From Mobula hypostoma (lineage: Eukaryota): a stretch of DNA of 64,000 bases. This document shows positions 12,249 through 25,535 of this stretch, one piece after another; positions within the stretch are counted from its first letter, which is position 1, and each line of letters starts with the position of its first letter. Below the pieces are notes generated by a model that did no database searches, was not told where the DNA came from, and saw only the letters and a program-made list of their open reading frames with translations. The stretch is from positions 93,064,001 through 93,128,000 of the forward strand of contig NC_086108.1 of NCBI RefSeq assembly GCF_963921235.1, in the 5' to 3' direction. A program made the position numbers and the translations under genes.

Positions 12249-12996
12249 CAGTGGTCCCCAACCACCGGGCCACAAAGCATGTGCTACCGGGCCGCGAGGG
12301 AACGATTTGAGTCAGCTGCACCTTTCCTCATTCCCTGCCATGTACTGTTGAACTTGAACATAGGGTTGCCAACTGTCCCATATTTGCCGGGACATCCTGT
12401 ATATTGGGCTAAATTGGTTTGTCCCATATGGGACCACCCTTGTCCCATATTTTCCCAGCTAAGGTAGAGCGTTCCTATGAAACATTTTGTGCCGAAATGG
12501 CGTAAAGCGAAGAAGCAATTACCATTAATTTATATGGGAAAAATTTTTGAGCGTTACCAGACCCAAAAAAAACCTACCAAATCATACCAAATAACACATA
12601 AAACCTAAAATAACACTAACATTTAGTAAAAGCAGGAATAATATGATAAATACACAGCCTATATGTACAGTGTAGTTTCACTGAACAGAAGCGTCCAAAA
12701 CCGACTTGTGGAAAAAAATCGGCACATACGCGCATGCGCACACAGATGCCCGCGCAAAACTTCATGGTCATGGTAGTCTTTCTCGGGGTAAACACAAGTG
12801 TCCCGTATTTGACTGCTACTTTTGTTCCTTATTTGGGAGTGAGAAAGTTGGCAACCGTAACTGTAAAAGACATGTTGAGGTGAGTTTAACCCTAATTGAA
12901 CCCCCCTACACCCTGCCCACCCTGGGTCGGCCGGTCGGCAAGAATATTGTCAATAATAAAACCGGTCCACGGTGCAAAAAAAGTTGGGGACTCCTG
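12249..12996. mobile_element. hAT (Charlie-like) non-autonomous element
   Basis: TIR cagtggtccccaac / gttggggactcctg; 8-bp TSD ctgtaact / ctgtaaag (6 of 8 match). Confidence 0.8.
12361..12859. mobile_element. Second TIR element (hAT-like) nested inside the MITE above
   Basis: TIR tagggttgccaact / agttggcaaccgta; repeated subterminal tgtccc motifs; no TSD evident. Confidence 0.7.
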
Positions 12997-13515
12997 CTGT
13001 AAAGCATTGTGCTAACCTCTACGCTACTATTTCTTTGTTATAATCACCTAATAAAACGGCTCTAACTGCAAGATTTGTGCCTCTTTCCTGACTTCCGAAG
13101 AACTTTCTGGATCAAATCATCTCCAGATCCAATAGCACAGAGGGAGCTAGAGTTAATCTGTCATCTTGTAGCACTCAGGTCAGTACTGGGGGTAGAGGGG
13201 TCAGAGATCAGGAAACTGATTCGGTCAAAAGAAAGATACTACATGAATCTGGCCCTTTATCCCATCCAATCCACAACAACCATTGTTTACCCATTGACGC
13301 CAGTCCTACATTAAGCCCACTTTTTATTCCTCCCACATTCTCATCGACTGCCCCCAGAATCGAGCTGACAAGAACCTGTCTGTTTATTTAATCCCAGACA
13401 GGTCGAATTCCAATGGACACTCACTATGCCTCTCTTGCAGTGGCCAAGTGAAAAGAACGGAAACTGGAGGTTTTCAATATGGATCAGTAGCACACAAACA
13501 TTATCATGTACTCAC

Positions 13516-13632
13516 TGGCCATCGTGGTTCGGCGCCTAAGTCTCAGAGACCTTGATTGGTGGATTGATCCAGACGTGGTGGGAAGTCACAGACAAGTCAC
13601 TGGGTCGAGAAGTGCAAAACTGCTCCAAGATT
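13516..13632 (-). other. Candidate 117-bp exon ending in ATG GCC A
   Basis: Reverse strand tttttcag| ... ACCACGATGGCCA|gtgagt, in non-repeat-looking DNA; no product recognised. Confidence 0.3.
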
Positions 13633-14597
13633 CTGAAAAATTCATTGTTCGAGCTGTTTCATGATTAAACTGGACTTCCTGCAAACTAACTAGGGAATAA
13701 TATTCCCAGCAGGCAAGATGACACAGCAGTTCCAACAAATGATTCCTTCACAAAGTGCTGGAGGATGGAGTACAAACTCTCAGACAAGACTGAAAAGAGG
13801 CCTTGGAAGTTTTCATAAATCCCTGCCTGTCACTGAAAGTGGTGTGGGCAAAAAAAAAGTAACTTTGCAAGTTTTAACAAAAATGCTGATCTGCTTACTC
13901 TTTCTTCAGGCTGATAGGTGGTATAATTAGAAGGAACTTAATAAACAGCTTATGGAAATCAATTGATTTTAATAGCAAACATGCACGACATCATAGCAAT
14001 TACTGTACAGCTTTTCACCGCTTTAATTTCAACAAATGAATTTGTGAGAGACGTGAAATCTTGTCAGTCTGGTCAGTATAGTAATTGGTTTATTATTGTC
14101 ATGTATTGAGATACAGTGAAAGGCTTTTGTTTTGTGTGCTATCCAAACGGATCATGCCATGGACAAGCCTCACACATCAAAGTTGCTGGTGAACGCAGCA
14201 GGCCAGGCAGCATCTCAAGGAAGAGGCAGAATTCCTCGTGTTTGCATATACAAGTCTGTTTACATGGTAAAAGGAAAATACTGTAGAATGCAGTTTGAGA
14301 GAAAATGCGGTGCAGGTAGACCAATAAAGTGCAAGGGTCACAACGGGGTAAATTGGGAGATCATTTTTACTATATCAAGGATCACAGATCAACTTTATTC
14401 ACCATTGATATGTGTTGGTGCAACATGCAACTAAAAACAACATTCAATAATTATAAAGAGTAATGAATGATATAAAAGATAAATTAGAGGTTAAAGGATG
14501 GATATGGATTAAAATGTGTGTAAATACATAAATGCTGGCATGCATTTACACAGTAAACAGCATTATAAAAAGCGGTTTAAAGTTTGTTTGTAGGGTT

Positions 14598-15000
14598 ATA
14601 GAACATAGAACATAGAATAGTACAGCACAGTACAGGCCCTTCGGCCCACAATGTTGTGCCAACCCTCAAACCCTGCCTCCCATATAAACCTCCACCTTAA
14701 ATTCCTCCATATACCTGTCTAGTAGTCTCTTAAACTTCACTAGTGTATCTGCCTCCACCACTGACTCAGGCAGTGCATTCCACGCACCAACCACTCTCTG
14801 AGTAAAAAAACCTTCCTCTAATATCCCCCTTGAACTTTCCACCCCTTACCTTAAAGCCATGTCCTCTTGTATTGAGCAGTGGTGCCCTGGGGAAGAGGCG
14901 CTGGCTATCCACTCTATCTATTCCTCTTATTATCTTGTACACCTCTATCATGTCTCCTCTCATCCTCCTTCTCTCCAAAGAGTAAAGCCCTAGCTCCCTT
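14598..15000 (-). mobile_element. CR1 3' end
   Basis: ERRRMRGDMIEVYKIIRG...TRGHGFK; (CATAGAA)n tail on the + strand; same subfamily as 63160-64000. Confidence 0.9.
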
Positions 15001-15009
15001 ATTCACCAA

Positions 15010-15190
15010 CCCTGGAGATTAGATTGCAAACATTTTGTCACCAGTCAAGGAGACACCATCAGTGCACAATTGTGTGTTGTTTCTGTGGAGTGCTCACGTT
15101 TATATTGGTCTGACTCATTGTTCTGATGATAGCACCTCGACTGGTGATGAAGTGTTTGCGACCTAACCTCCAGGCTCGCTGAACAATCCT
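15010..15190. mobile_element. Inverted repeat carrying a second type of hammerhead-like motif (probably Penelope-derived)
   Basis: ctgatga-t-agcacc-tcgact-ggtgat-gaagtgtttgc and its inverted partner gcaaacattttgtcaccagtcaaggagacaccatcagtgc. Confidence 0.6.
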
Positions 15191-16369
15191 ACAAACAAGC
15201 TACCAATCCGAGTGACCTATCTTCTCTTTCATTTCAATTTCTTAACGCATTTACAGTACAGGGCAGTGGGGAGGGGAGCTGCTTGAACAATTGGTCAGAT
15301 TAACTGCCTAGAGGAAGATACTTTTGAGGAGATATGAAGTTTTTGTTAGAAAACCCTGTAGCCCTTTCCACAAGGGCTGGCTTGGGCCTTTAGCACCTAA
15401 GAGGAGTATGGGTTGTCGATGACCTCCTATCTCCGTCATCTTCTGAAGTCAATAATATTGTGGAGTTTATCAATACTTCTGCAATCCTTTACATCCGTTG
15501 TACAGGGGAACGGTCTGTACAGTTTCACCAGAGTCATGTTGGCCAGCCTTATCCATCTCACAACGGACACTTAGGGTTGGGCTTTGAGAAGCTTTCCACA
15601 AGGAAGCTTTTGGAAAGGGTAGAGTCCGCAGTGACTTCCCTTGGTCCTGGACACATACAAATCCCGCAGTAAAGGTAGACTGCAGCCAATGACCTTTCCC
15701 GCTGTCCTAACAGTTCGGTGCAGTTTTTGTGTATTGTGAGAGAATGCCGCACCAAACCAGACAGTCATGGCTGATGTGAGGATACTCTCTGTGATGCCAG
15801 TGTAGGTCCAGGCCAAGTTATGCAAGGTCCATTCAAGAGTCTATTAATGGTGGGAATGAAAGAGGGTTATTTGAGGGGAATGTGAATATGTCGGGCCTCT
15901 AACAACTAGAGTTTAGAAGCTTAAGAATGGAATGCACTGAAATATACAAAACCCACAGTAGACTTGTTAGGTCAATTTGGGTGAACTTTCCCCCTAATTG
16001 AGAAGGTCATTTCCTTGAAATTAGCAGCAGACTAAGACAAAAATAGATTTCCTTGAGATCTCTATCCCAAGGTCTGGAGAGGCTGCCTGGATCACTTTAA
16101 ACATTTATTAATGAAGGAAGTCAAGGATTCGGAGAAATGGCAGGAAAATGATGCTGATATTGCTGAATGGCAGGACAGGCCTGAACGGCTAAATGGTCTA
16201 CCCCTTCTACTTCTTATGTTCTAATAGTGAATTTTTTCTGTAGCTGTCACACGGTTACAGTTAATTTTGCATTCTGTTATTGCCTTAGCTTGTTCTTCTT
16301 CAATGTTCTGTGCAATGATTTGATTCGTATGATCAGGGTGCAAGACAAGCTTTCCACAGAGTCCGAAAA

Positions 16370-16810
16370 AAGTAATGTAATGGACTTTTAACAACATAAA
16401 CCAGCGAGTTGTTTGTTATGTCTCCCCTCTCGCTGTGAAATGGAGACATCTCTTTCTTCCTTATTAGGGAGAGAGAAAGCCTGTGGTAAATGGAATACCG
16501 GGTGAACAAGTAGTCTTTGGAGTACTGCAAGTCTGTGTCCTTACTGATGCTTTGCTCATGCTTGAGTGCTTGGTGGCGGGTGCTGATGCTTTTTTTTGCC
16601 GGTGGGGGGGTAGGGGGGATCGTTGCTTGCTGCCGCATATGTGTGGGAGGGAGTGGAGCTGGGGGGGGGGACTTTGGGGTTCTAACACTTAACTATTGTT
16701 CATTCTTTGGGGCACCCCTCTGCTTCCATGAATGGTTGTGAAGAGAAAGCATTTCAGGATGAAAATTGTATACATTTCTCTGACATTAAATCTGACTTTG
16801 AAACCTTCAA
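16370..16810 (+). mobile_element. Non-autonomous retroposon-like repeat; inverted copy at about 57690-58092
   Basis: Colinear with the reverse complement of 57690-58092; ends tctgacattaaa...tttgaaacc. Confidence 0.7.
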
Positions 16811-16814
16811 AATG

Positions 16815-18930
16815 CAGTCAGGTTACAGAAAACTCTCTGATCTTTACATATTAGTTTCATCCATTCCCTCAGCTTCAGCTTCAGTGAGGGGTACATCCTG
16901 CTGTATGGCATGTGAGGATTCCATGCCGATTGTCTGAAGATTTCTTATGTAGCTCTCTTGGTGCAATTGTACTGTTCCATCAATGGCAAGGATGTCTATC
17001 CCTACATAGCAGAATTTGTCATGTTCCTCGCTGATTTTAGCTGAGGGATGACTGTTGTGGCAAAGTTTTGTGAGCCTCCCCATATGAAATCATTTACTTG
17101 ACAGGCAAGTACTCCAGTTCGGGCTCTCACGACCAGACTATGTAACAGTTTTTTCCCCCAAGCCGTCAGACTCCTCAATACCCAGAGCTTGGACTGACAC
17201 CAACCTATTGCCCTCTACTGTGCCTGTTGTCTTCTTTATTATTTATTGTAATGTTTGCACTGTTTTGAGCACTTTATGCAGTCCTGGGTAGGTCTATAGT
17301 CTAGTGTAGTTTTTGTATTGTTCATGTAGCACCATGGTCCTGAAAAATGTTGTCTCGTTTTTACTGTGTACTGTACCAGCAGTTATGGTCGAAATGACAA
17401 TATAAAGTGACTTGACTTGAATTACATGGCGCTCTGAATCTTGCCAGTAAAAACAGCTGGATCGACTTGTGAACATCTTTCCACCTGTTTTCAACATTAT
17501 TTTCTTGACCCTTCCTCAGGACGGGTGAAGGGTCTTGGCCTGAAACGCCGACTGCTTTCTCTTTTCTGTAGATACTGCCTGGCCTGCTGAGTTCCCCCAG
17601 CATTTTGTGTGTGTTGCTTGGGTTTCCAGCATCTGCAGATTTTCTCTGGTTTCCCTGTAAGAATGCGGATTTTCTGTCCAAGCAATGGGGTTGCCAATGC
17701 TTTTGACATGTCACTGAGTAAACTAGTCGGAGAGACTCTGATGCATATATTGGTGAGTCTTTCTGGTGCTCACCCATGTTCAGTTCCTCAAAACCTCAAG
17801 ACACTGTATAATTCCTGTTGGCGTTTCTTTCAGAATGCACATCCATCTGGTAGACACTGACTTTTGACCAATGTTTCTGACTTCCTCAAACTCTCTATTA
17901 TTTCTCCAGCTACTGATTTTACCCTGCTTTGAAGATTCATATGACACCTCCTTAGTTACTCAGAAATCTTCATCTTGACATTTCTCAGATGTTCCAGCCT
18001 GAACTATACTTGTTTCAGTTTGAAGTCTGTCTATGCGTGACACGTCGACTCACCCTGCAATGCCAGTGACCGTGGTTGGTTCTAGGTAACTCAAGTTGTA
18101 CCAACTTTTGTTTCTCCCAGTGGCTTTACCTGCTCATCCTAAGACTTCAGCTTTGTTGAGATACCAGAGTCTTTGTCTACAAATCTCACAGTTCGTCCTG
18201 TTGTAAGACTGAAATTTCTGTGTTGTCTTTGCTCTTGCGATCATTTCTGCTCAGGCCAGTCTGCTGAGTACCCAGCTGCACTCCCTTCACCACTGTTAAT
18301 GCCACTGTTAAGCCACTCTGTTGGGTCCTCAGCTACACTCTCTCCAGCACATCTGTACTATGTGTCACTGTATCAGATAAGTACTTTCCATTTTTTTGCG
18401 TCACTCTCCAAGGAGTTCTGATCATCTTCAGTTGGTGCTTTACCATAAGTAGTCTGGAATGATGCACTCTCACATGTGTACCTTCATGTCTCACGAATAC
18501 CACAACTCCATGCTGACCAATAACAACTCTGGAGCCTTTCCATTCTGTAGTCTGCTCTTGTTTGATACACTTTTCCCCCTGCCTCATTTTTCTCATCTGT
18601 AGGACAGAGCTGTGCCCTCTGTGCTCTTCGAACTCTCTCTGAACACTCTGCTTCAAAGAAAGCCTTCGGTAATGCCCACAGTGCTGGAATATGTTTCCCA
18701 ACCCTTTCACTTCTTATAGTGCGCTCTAGAGCAGCTGGCTTGACAACCAGTACAGAGGAAAGGTTTGGATTCTGGCCAAACACAAGTTGGTACAGGCTAT
18801 AGTAATGTACGTTGTGCATGGTATTCTTCACCATCAGGACTCAGTGCTGGGCTGTATTCTAAACATAGTCATTGCTTTTATTTACCTTCAAGATTATTTC
18901 AGAAAGTGTTCGATTGTGTTGTTCCAGAAG
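16815..18930 (-). mobile_element. Ty1/Copia LTR retrotransposon pol relic (integrase followed by RT)
   Basis: In order on the minus strand: YSLYQLVFGQNPNL, WKGSRVVIGQHGVVVFVRH, ESLRL...LDRKSAFLQG, VDPA(V)FYWQD, GVLACQVNDFIWGG (HVDD-like), FCYVGIDI...LHQESYI. Confidence 0.8.
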
Positions 18931-19151
18931 TACATTACTCTAAGGACTCCAAAAGGTTTAGAAGCATAAAGTGTAAAAGAGAAGCAAGAGTGGATATTGG
19001 ACCACTGGAAAACAACTTTGAAGAGGTAGTAATGGGGAACAATGAAATAGCATATGAACTGAATAAGTATTTTGGAGCAGCCTTCTCTGTGAAAGACAGT
19101 AGCAGTATTGTGGATGTTCCAGGTGTCAAGAAGCATGAAGTGTGTGAAGTT

Positions 19152-20315
19152 ACTTTATACTTTACTTTATTGTCACCAAACAATTGATACTAGAGTGTAC
19201 AATCATCACAGCCATATTTGATTCTGCGCTTTGAGCTCCCTGGAATACATATTAATAGTAAATATTAAAAATTTAAATTATTCATCGTAAACAGAAAATA
19301 GAAAAGGGAAAGTAAGGTAGTGCAAAAAAACTGAGAGGCAGGTCCGAATATTTGGAGGGTGTGGCCCAGATCCGGGTCAGGATCCGTTCAGCAGTCTTAT
19401 CACAGTTGGAAAGAAGCTGTTCCCAAATCTGGCCATACGAGTCTTCAAGCTCCTGAGCCTTCTCCCAGAGGGAAGAGGGACGAAAAGTGTGTTGGCTGGG
19501 TGGGTCATGTCCTTGATTATCCTGGCAGCACTGCTCCGACAGCGTGCGGTGTAAAGTGAGTCCAAGGATGGAAGATTGGTTTGTGTGATGTGCTGCACCG
19601 TGTTCATGATCTTCTGCAGCTTCTTCCGGTCTTGGACAGGACAACTTCCATACCAGGTGATGATGCACCCTAGAAGAATGCTTTCTACGGTGCATCTATA
19701 AAAATTAGTGAGGGTTTTAGGGGACAGGCCAAATTTCTTTAGCTTTCTCAGGAAGTAAAGGCACTGATGGACCTTCTTGACAGTGGACTCTGCTTGGTTG
19801 GACCAAGTCAGGTCATTTGTGATATTGACCCCGAGGAACTTAAAGCTTTTGACCTGTTCCACTTGCGCACCACCGATGTAAATGGGATCTTGCGGTCCGC
19901 TGCTCCTTCTGAAGTCAACAACCAATTCCTTCGTCTTGCTGACGTTGAGGTTATTGTCTTCACACCATGCCACCAGGTTCTTAATTTCCTCTCTGAATTC
20001 AAGCTCATCATTACCTGAGATACGGCCTACAATTGTGGTGTCATCAGCAAACTTATATATTGAGTTTGATGGAAACTTGGCTACACCAGCATGGGTGTAC
20101 AGTGAGTACAGCAGGGGGCTAAGTACACAGCCTCGTGGGGCACCGGTGCTCAGAGTGATTGTAGAGGAGAGCGTGTCCCCTATTTTTACAGCCTGGGTCC
20201 TGTCTGTGAGGAAGTTGAAGATCCAGCTGCAGATCTGAGTGCTGAGGCCCAGGTTCCAGAACTTAGGAATCAGTTTATTTGGAATGATGGTATTAAAGGC
20301 AGAGCTGTAGTCAAT
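19152..20315 (-). mobile_element. Rex-Babar LINE 3' part, relatively young
   Basis: 198-aa ORF 19377-19973 ([32 protein letters not shown]); near match to 2331-3470. Confidence 0.92.
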
Positions 20316-21689
20316 GTCAATGATACCATATCTAGAGAGAAGGTTCTTGGGAAACTGAAAGGTCTGAAGATAGATAAGTCACCTGGACCAGATGGTGTAC
20401 ACTCTTAGGTTCTGAAATAGGTGGTTGAAGAGATCATGGAGACATTAGTAATGATCTTTCAAGAATCACTAGTTTCTGGAATGGTTCTGGGAGAATGAAA
20501 AATTGCAAATGTCACTCCGCTCTTCAAGAAGGAAAAGAGGCAGAATAAAGGAAACTCTCGGCCAGTTATTCTGACTTTCGTGGTTGGGAAGATATTGGAG
20601 TTGATTATTAAGGATGAGGGCTCAGGGTACTTGGAGGCACATGATAAAATAGGCCGTGGTCAGCAAGGTTTCCTCAAGGGAAAATCTTGCCTGATAAATC
20701 TGTTGGAATTCTTTGAAGAAGTAACAAGCAGGACATACAAAGGAGAGTCAGTTGATGCTGTGTACTTGGATTTTCAGAAGGCCTTTAGCAAGATGCTACA
20801 CATGAGGCTGCTTAACATGCTGCTGAACCCATGGTATTACAGGAAAGATTCTAGCATGGATGAAACAATGGCTGATTGTCAGGAGGCAAAGAGAGGAAAT
20901 GAAGGGAGCCTTTACTGACTGGCTACCAGTGACGAATGGTGTTCTACTGGGGTCTGTGTTGGGACTGATTCGTTTTACTTTTTACGTCAGTGATTTGGAT
21001 GACAGAATTGATGGCTTTATTGCAAAGTTTGCAGATGATATAAAGATAGGTGGAGTATCGTGTAGTTTTAAGGAAGTAGAGAGGCTACAAAAGGACTTAG
21101 ACAGATTAGGAGAATGGGCAAAGAAGCATCAAATGCAATACAGTGTCAGGAAGTGTATGGTCATGCACTTTGATTGGAGAAATGAAAGGGCTGTATTTTT
21201 TTAAATAGAGAGAAAATACAAAAAAACTGAGATGCAAAGGGACTTGGGAGTCCTTGTTCAGGATTCTGTAAAGGTTAATTTGTAGGTTGAGTCTGTGGTG
21301 AGGAAGGCAGATTCAATGTTAGCGTTAGCACTCATTTTGAGAGGAATAGTATATACAAGCAAGGATATAATGTTTAAACTTTATAAAGCACTGGTAAGGC
21401 CTCACTTGAAGTATTGTGAGCAGGGTTAGGGCCCTTCTCTTAGAAAGGATGGGCTATTCTCTGGGCTTCACTTTCACCAAATCCCACAAACTGGCATCCC
21501 AATTTACTCAGATATTTTAATTATCTTTTGTTCTTATCTGTTTTTATTTTTCATTTCCTTTGTGCTTAAGAATAACTTGTGAGACCATAAATCAAAACTA
21601 ACACTATGGAAAAAATACTGTATATGCTTTTTGCTCCATGGACCCGGTTGATACATTTCAGCGTCTCAGTAAAGCAGCCAGCATAATCA

Positions 21690-21996
21690 TAGAGAAATGT
21701 GACATCGCCACGAACAATTGGGAAACCAATGCCAAGGACAGGAAACTCTGGCAAGCCATCATCCAAGAAGGAACAGCAACTTTCAAAGCCAACAGATGTG
21801 CAGAATTAGAAGAAAAGAGAAGAAAATGGAAAGAGAGGCAGCAACAACCAACGTCCGATCTGCCATCTGGAACTACCTGTCCTGAATGCGGAAGAACTTT
21901 CAAAGCCGAGGTTGGACTCATAAGCCCTTGAGAGCCCGTAAGTAGATCAACAGAACGAAGACCATCATCCTCGACCTCGAGGGATAGCCACGACGA
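21690..21996 (+). mobile_element. RTE-clade LINE 3' end
   Basis: WETNAKDRKLWQAIIQEG...CPECGRTFKAEVGLIS: RTE C-terminal Zn-finger-like end and a short 3' UTR. Confidence 0.75.
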
Positions 21997-23870
21997 GACC
22001 CTACCCACCTCAGATATTTTCTTCTCCCCCTCCCTCCCATTGGGTGGAAGATTTAAAAGCCGGAAAGCACTTACCACCAGGCTCAAGGACAGTCTCTATC
22101 CAATTGTTATCAGATTCTTGAACAGACCTCCTGTGCGATAAAATGGACGCTTAGCATCACAATCTATTTATTTATTAGTTTTTTCCTGTTTATTTATTCA
22201 GTTACTTATTTAGCGATGCAGAGTAGAGCAGGTCCTTGCAGCCCATTGAGCCTGGCCACTGCAGCAACTCCGACAAACCCAATAACCCTTATCTAATCAG
22301 AGAACAATTTCCAATGACCAACTAACCAACCTGATACGTCTTTGGAATGTGGTTATATAGTCTACTGTGTAAATAAAGGGTACAAAGGAGGTTCACGAAA
22401 ATGATTCCAGGATTAAACGACTTGTATTATGAAGAGCATTTGACGGCTCTGGGCCTGTATTCACTGGAATTCAGAAGACTGAGGGTGACCTCATTGAAAA
22501 CTAGCAAATGGTAGAATGTCTTGATGGAGTGGATGTGGAGAGGATGTTTCCTATGGTGGGAGAGTCTAAAACCAGAGGGAACAGCCTCAGAATAGAGGCT
22601 TTTAAAACGGAAATGAGGAGAATTTCTTTAGCAGGAGAGTGATGAATCTGTGGAATTTGTTGCCACAGTTAGCTGTAGAGGCCACGTCTTTATGTATATT
22701 TAAAGCAGAAGTTGCTAAATTCTTGTTTGGTCAGGGCACGAAGGGATATGGGGAGAAGGCAGGAAATCGGGTCTGAGGGAGAAATTGGATCAGCCATGAT
22801 GAAATGGTGGAGCAGACTCGATGGGCCAAATGGCCTAATTCTGCTCCTATATCTTATGGTCTTATATTTACAGTACATGATGACTGGACAGCAATATATT
22901 GGATATTTGAGTTGAGGTGCATTAAGGGAAAGCCCACACATTCCATAGGGAGGACATATAGACACTACCTACAGATGACACTGGATTTGAATTGCAAACT
23001 CCTGAGCACCCCCAGTTGTGATACTGTCATGCTAACCACTACACTAACGTGGTGCCCTATGCCCTACAGTTCACCTTGTTATAACTTAGAATTTATAATT
23101 GAATTGACCTGCCCTGTACTTTTTCGGTAGCCTTTATATTTTATTCTGCGTTGTATTGTTTTGCCTTATTCTTCCTCAATGCACTGCAAAATGATTTGAC
23201 TGTATAAACAGAATGCAAGACATGCTCTTCACTTTATCTTGGTACATGTGACAAGAATAAAGCAACATCAATACCAAAATATTATTTGAGCTAGCTTAAC
23301 AGATTGGGCTGAAAGTAGAGCAGAATTTCAAGTTCAAGTTTATTTTCATCTGACTGTACATATATACAAACAAATGAAACAACATTCCTCCGGACCACGG
23401 TGCACCCATAAAAAAAATCACACACAAAACATAAACCAAAATATTACTACGAATAACTTAATAAATATAATTCAGTATGCATGCCGTGACCAATAGAGAG
23501 AGAGTAAACAATAAGCAGAAAACAGCTCACTGTCCTAGTGACAAGACCTGGGTGGTGACATTAGTCTCACAGCCTGAGGGAAGAAGCTGTTACCGTCTGG
23601 CAGTCCTTGTCCTGATGCTCCTGTACCTCCTTCCTGATGATAGTGGGTCAAAGAGATTGTGGGATGGGTGGCGGGGATCATTAACAATGCCCTTCGTCTA
23701 CAACGCTTCCAGTAAATGTCACAAATAGAGGTCAGGGAGTCCTCAGTAATCCCTTCATTGTTTTTCACTATCCTCTGTAGCATCTTGCGGTCCAATGCTT
23801 TGTAGCTTCCATAGCATGGATTTAAGGACATGCAATAGGTAATATATCCCTACAGTTTGTAAAATGGTGA

Positions 23871-24097
23871 TGTTATGCTTTGTAGCTCCAAAAACTAATT
23901 GAAAGAAAAACACAGGAGGCAGTATGCATGTGCTTGGTTTCTTTTCTTTAGTAAGGCACTCAGATATGACGTGGAGTTGTAATGACATATGCCAGTCCAT
24001 CTTACGTATAACCTATAATGAATTATGTAAACAATGAATATTTAATCAAACAATGTATTTACAATATTACTCAAATATTACAGAAATATTAAGGACA
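23871..24097 (-). repeat. Solo LTR of the Gypsy family A/B/C
   Basis: Reverse complement reads aatatttctgtaatatttgagtaatattgtaaatacattgtttgattaa...gcataaca, matching the other LTRs. Confidence 0.75.
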
Positions 24098-24882
24098 TTT
24101 GGAAGCAGGTGCTTGTAGTGATCACGTACCACTTTCAGAGAGACTTCTGAGATTCTATTTGGTACAAAAGAAGAGCATTGGCTGCATTCACACCTTCCCC
24201 TGCTTTTGTTCTGTGTGAGCCAACTTTTCTCAGTTTAATCAACTGGTGTGAAATGCAGAGTGTATGCACAGTTAATAGAACTGCTGCGTTGCATCTTCTG
24301 CAACTTTGGTTCAATCCCCACCTGGACAGAGAACATAGAATAGAGAACATTACAGCACAGTATATACCCTTCGGAATATGGTGTGCCAACCTTTTAACTT
24401 ACTCTGATTGACCTAACTCTTCCCTCCTACATAGCCCTCCATTTCTCTAACATCCATGAGCTTCTCAAATGTCCCTAATGTATTTGTCTCTGCCATCACC
24501 CCTGACAGTGTATTCCACACGCTCACCACATTTTGTGTACAAACCTTACCTCCAATATCCACCCGAAACTTTCCTCCAATCACCTTAAAATTTTGCCCCT
24601 CACATTTAGCCATTACGCAAACAGAGCTTGCACATTCTCCCTATGACTGCACCGACTCCCCATGAGTGCTTCAATTTTGTCACATATCCCAGAGATGTGC
24701 GGGTTGCCTACTAGTGTGTAGGCAAGTTGGAGAATCCGAAGTGGGGTGGTGGAGGATAATGGGGAAGGGGGAATTGATGGGAATGTGACAATGATACATT
24801 ACAAGGAAAATTAGTTTGGAAAAGCATTACTCTATGAGTTGGCAAATATTCAATAAGCTAAAAGAACCTCCTATTTATAGGT

Positions 24883-25500
24883 GGGAGGAGAAGATGACAG
24901 CGCACTGAGCATGTACAGCTCTCCGGTGAAAAATGATGTTGTATCTGTTAAATAGGGGCCGTGAACAATTCTGATTTGATGGAGAATGGACATGAAATCA
25001 CAAAGGAACATCTGGAGAAATTTCTGAAACGCCCGTCCGCTGCTGTCGTTACTGTGTGGTCGGGAATCTTTCGCAGGGTAGGCCTCAAAATCCCTGGCTT
25101 TGCCTGCTTTTGGCGACTGAGAAGGAGGTCGAATCATTCGGACAGAGATGGCGCTCAGTACTCGGTGTCGGACAGCTGATCAGAGCTCTAAGTTTTCGGA
25201 TGACTCAGAGTCGGATTGTGGTCGGCATGGCAGGGAGAGTTTTTCTTCCTTCTCCCATCTGCGTGAGATGTGGGACATTTGAGAAACTTTGAACTTTACC
25301 GTGCTCACGGACTTTCTTCATCAAGTAATGGTATTGTGCACTGTTGTAACTATATGTATAATTATGTGGTTTTGTCAGTTTTTTCAGTCTTGCTTTGCCC
25401 TATGTTTTTGTGATATCACACCGGAGGAAATAATGTATCATTTCTTAATGCATGCATTACTAAATGACAATAAAAGGGGACTACGTGTCTTCATCATCTA
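24883..25500 (+). mobile_element. ~620-bp non-autonomous retroposon; second copy at 51395-52012
   Basis: Starts gggaggagaagatg, ends taaatgacaataaaag...gtcttcatcatcta; colinear with 51395-52012. Confidence 0.8.
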
Positions 25501-25535
25501 TTTCTTAGGAAGTATGCTACTGTACAGTGATTTAG

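Larger units (their letters stand above)
12005..13030 (-). mobile_element. HE1-like V-SINE split by a hAT MITE
   Basis: ttggactgtgggaggaaaccggagcacccggaggaaaccc, ggaattgaaccc; resumes ctgtaaagcattgtgctaacc at 12997. Confidence 0.75.
18945..22865 (+). mobile_element. CR1 ORF2 relic in three pieces (about 18945-19151, 20325-21450, 22375-22865)
   Basis: IGPLEN...ELNKYF, QQGFLKGKSCLINLLEFF, KFADDIKIGG, 3' end (TTATGGTC)n. Confidence 0.85.
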
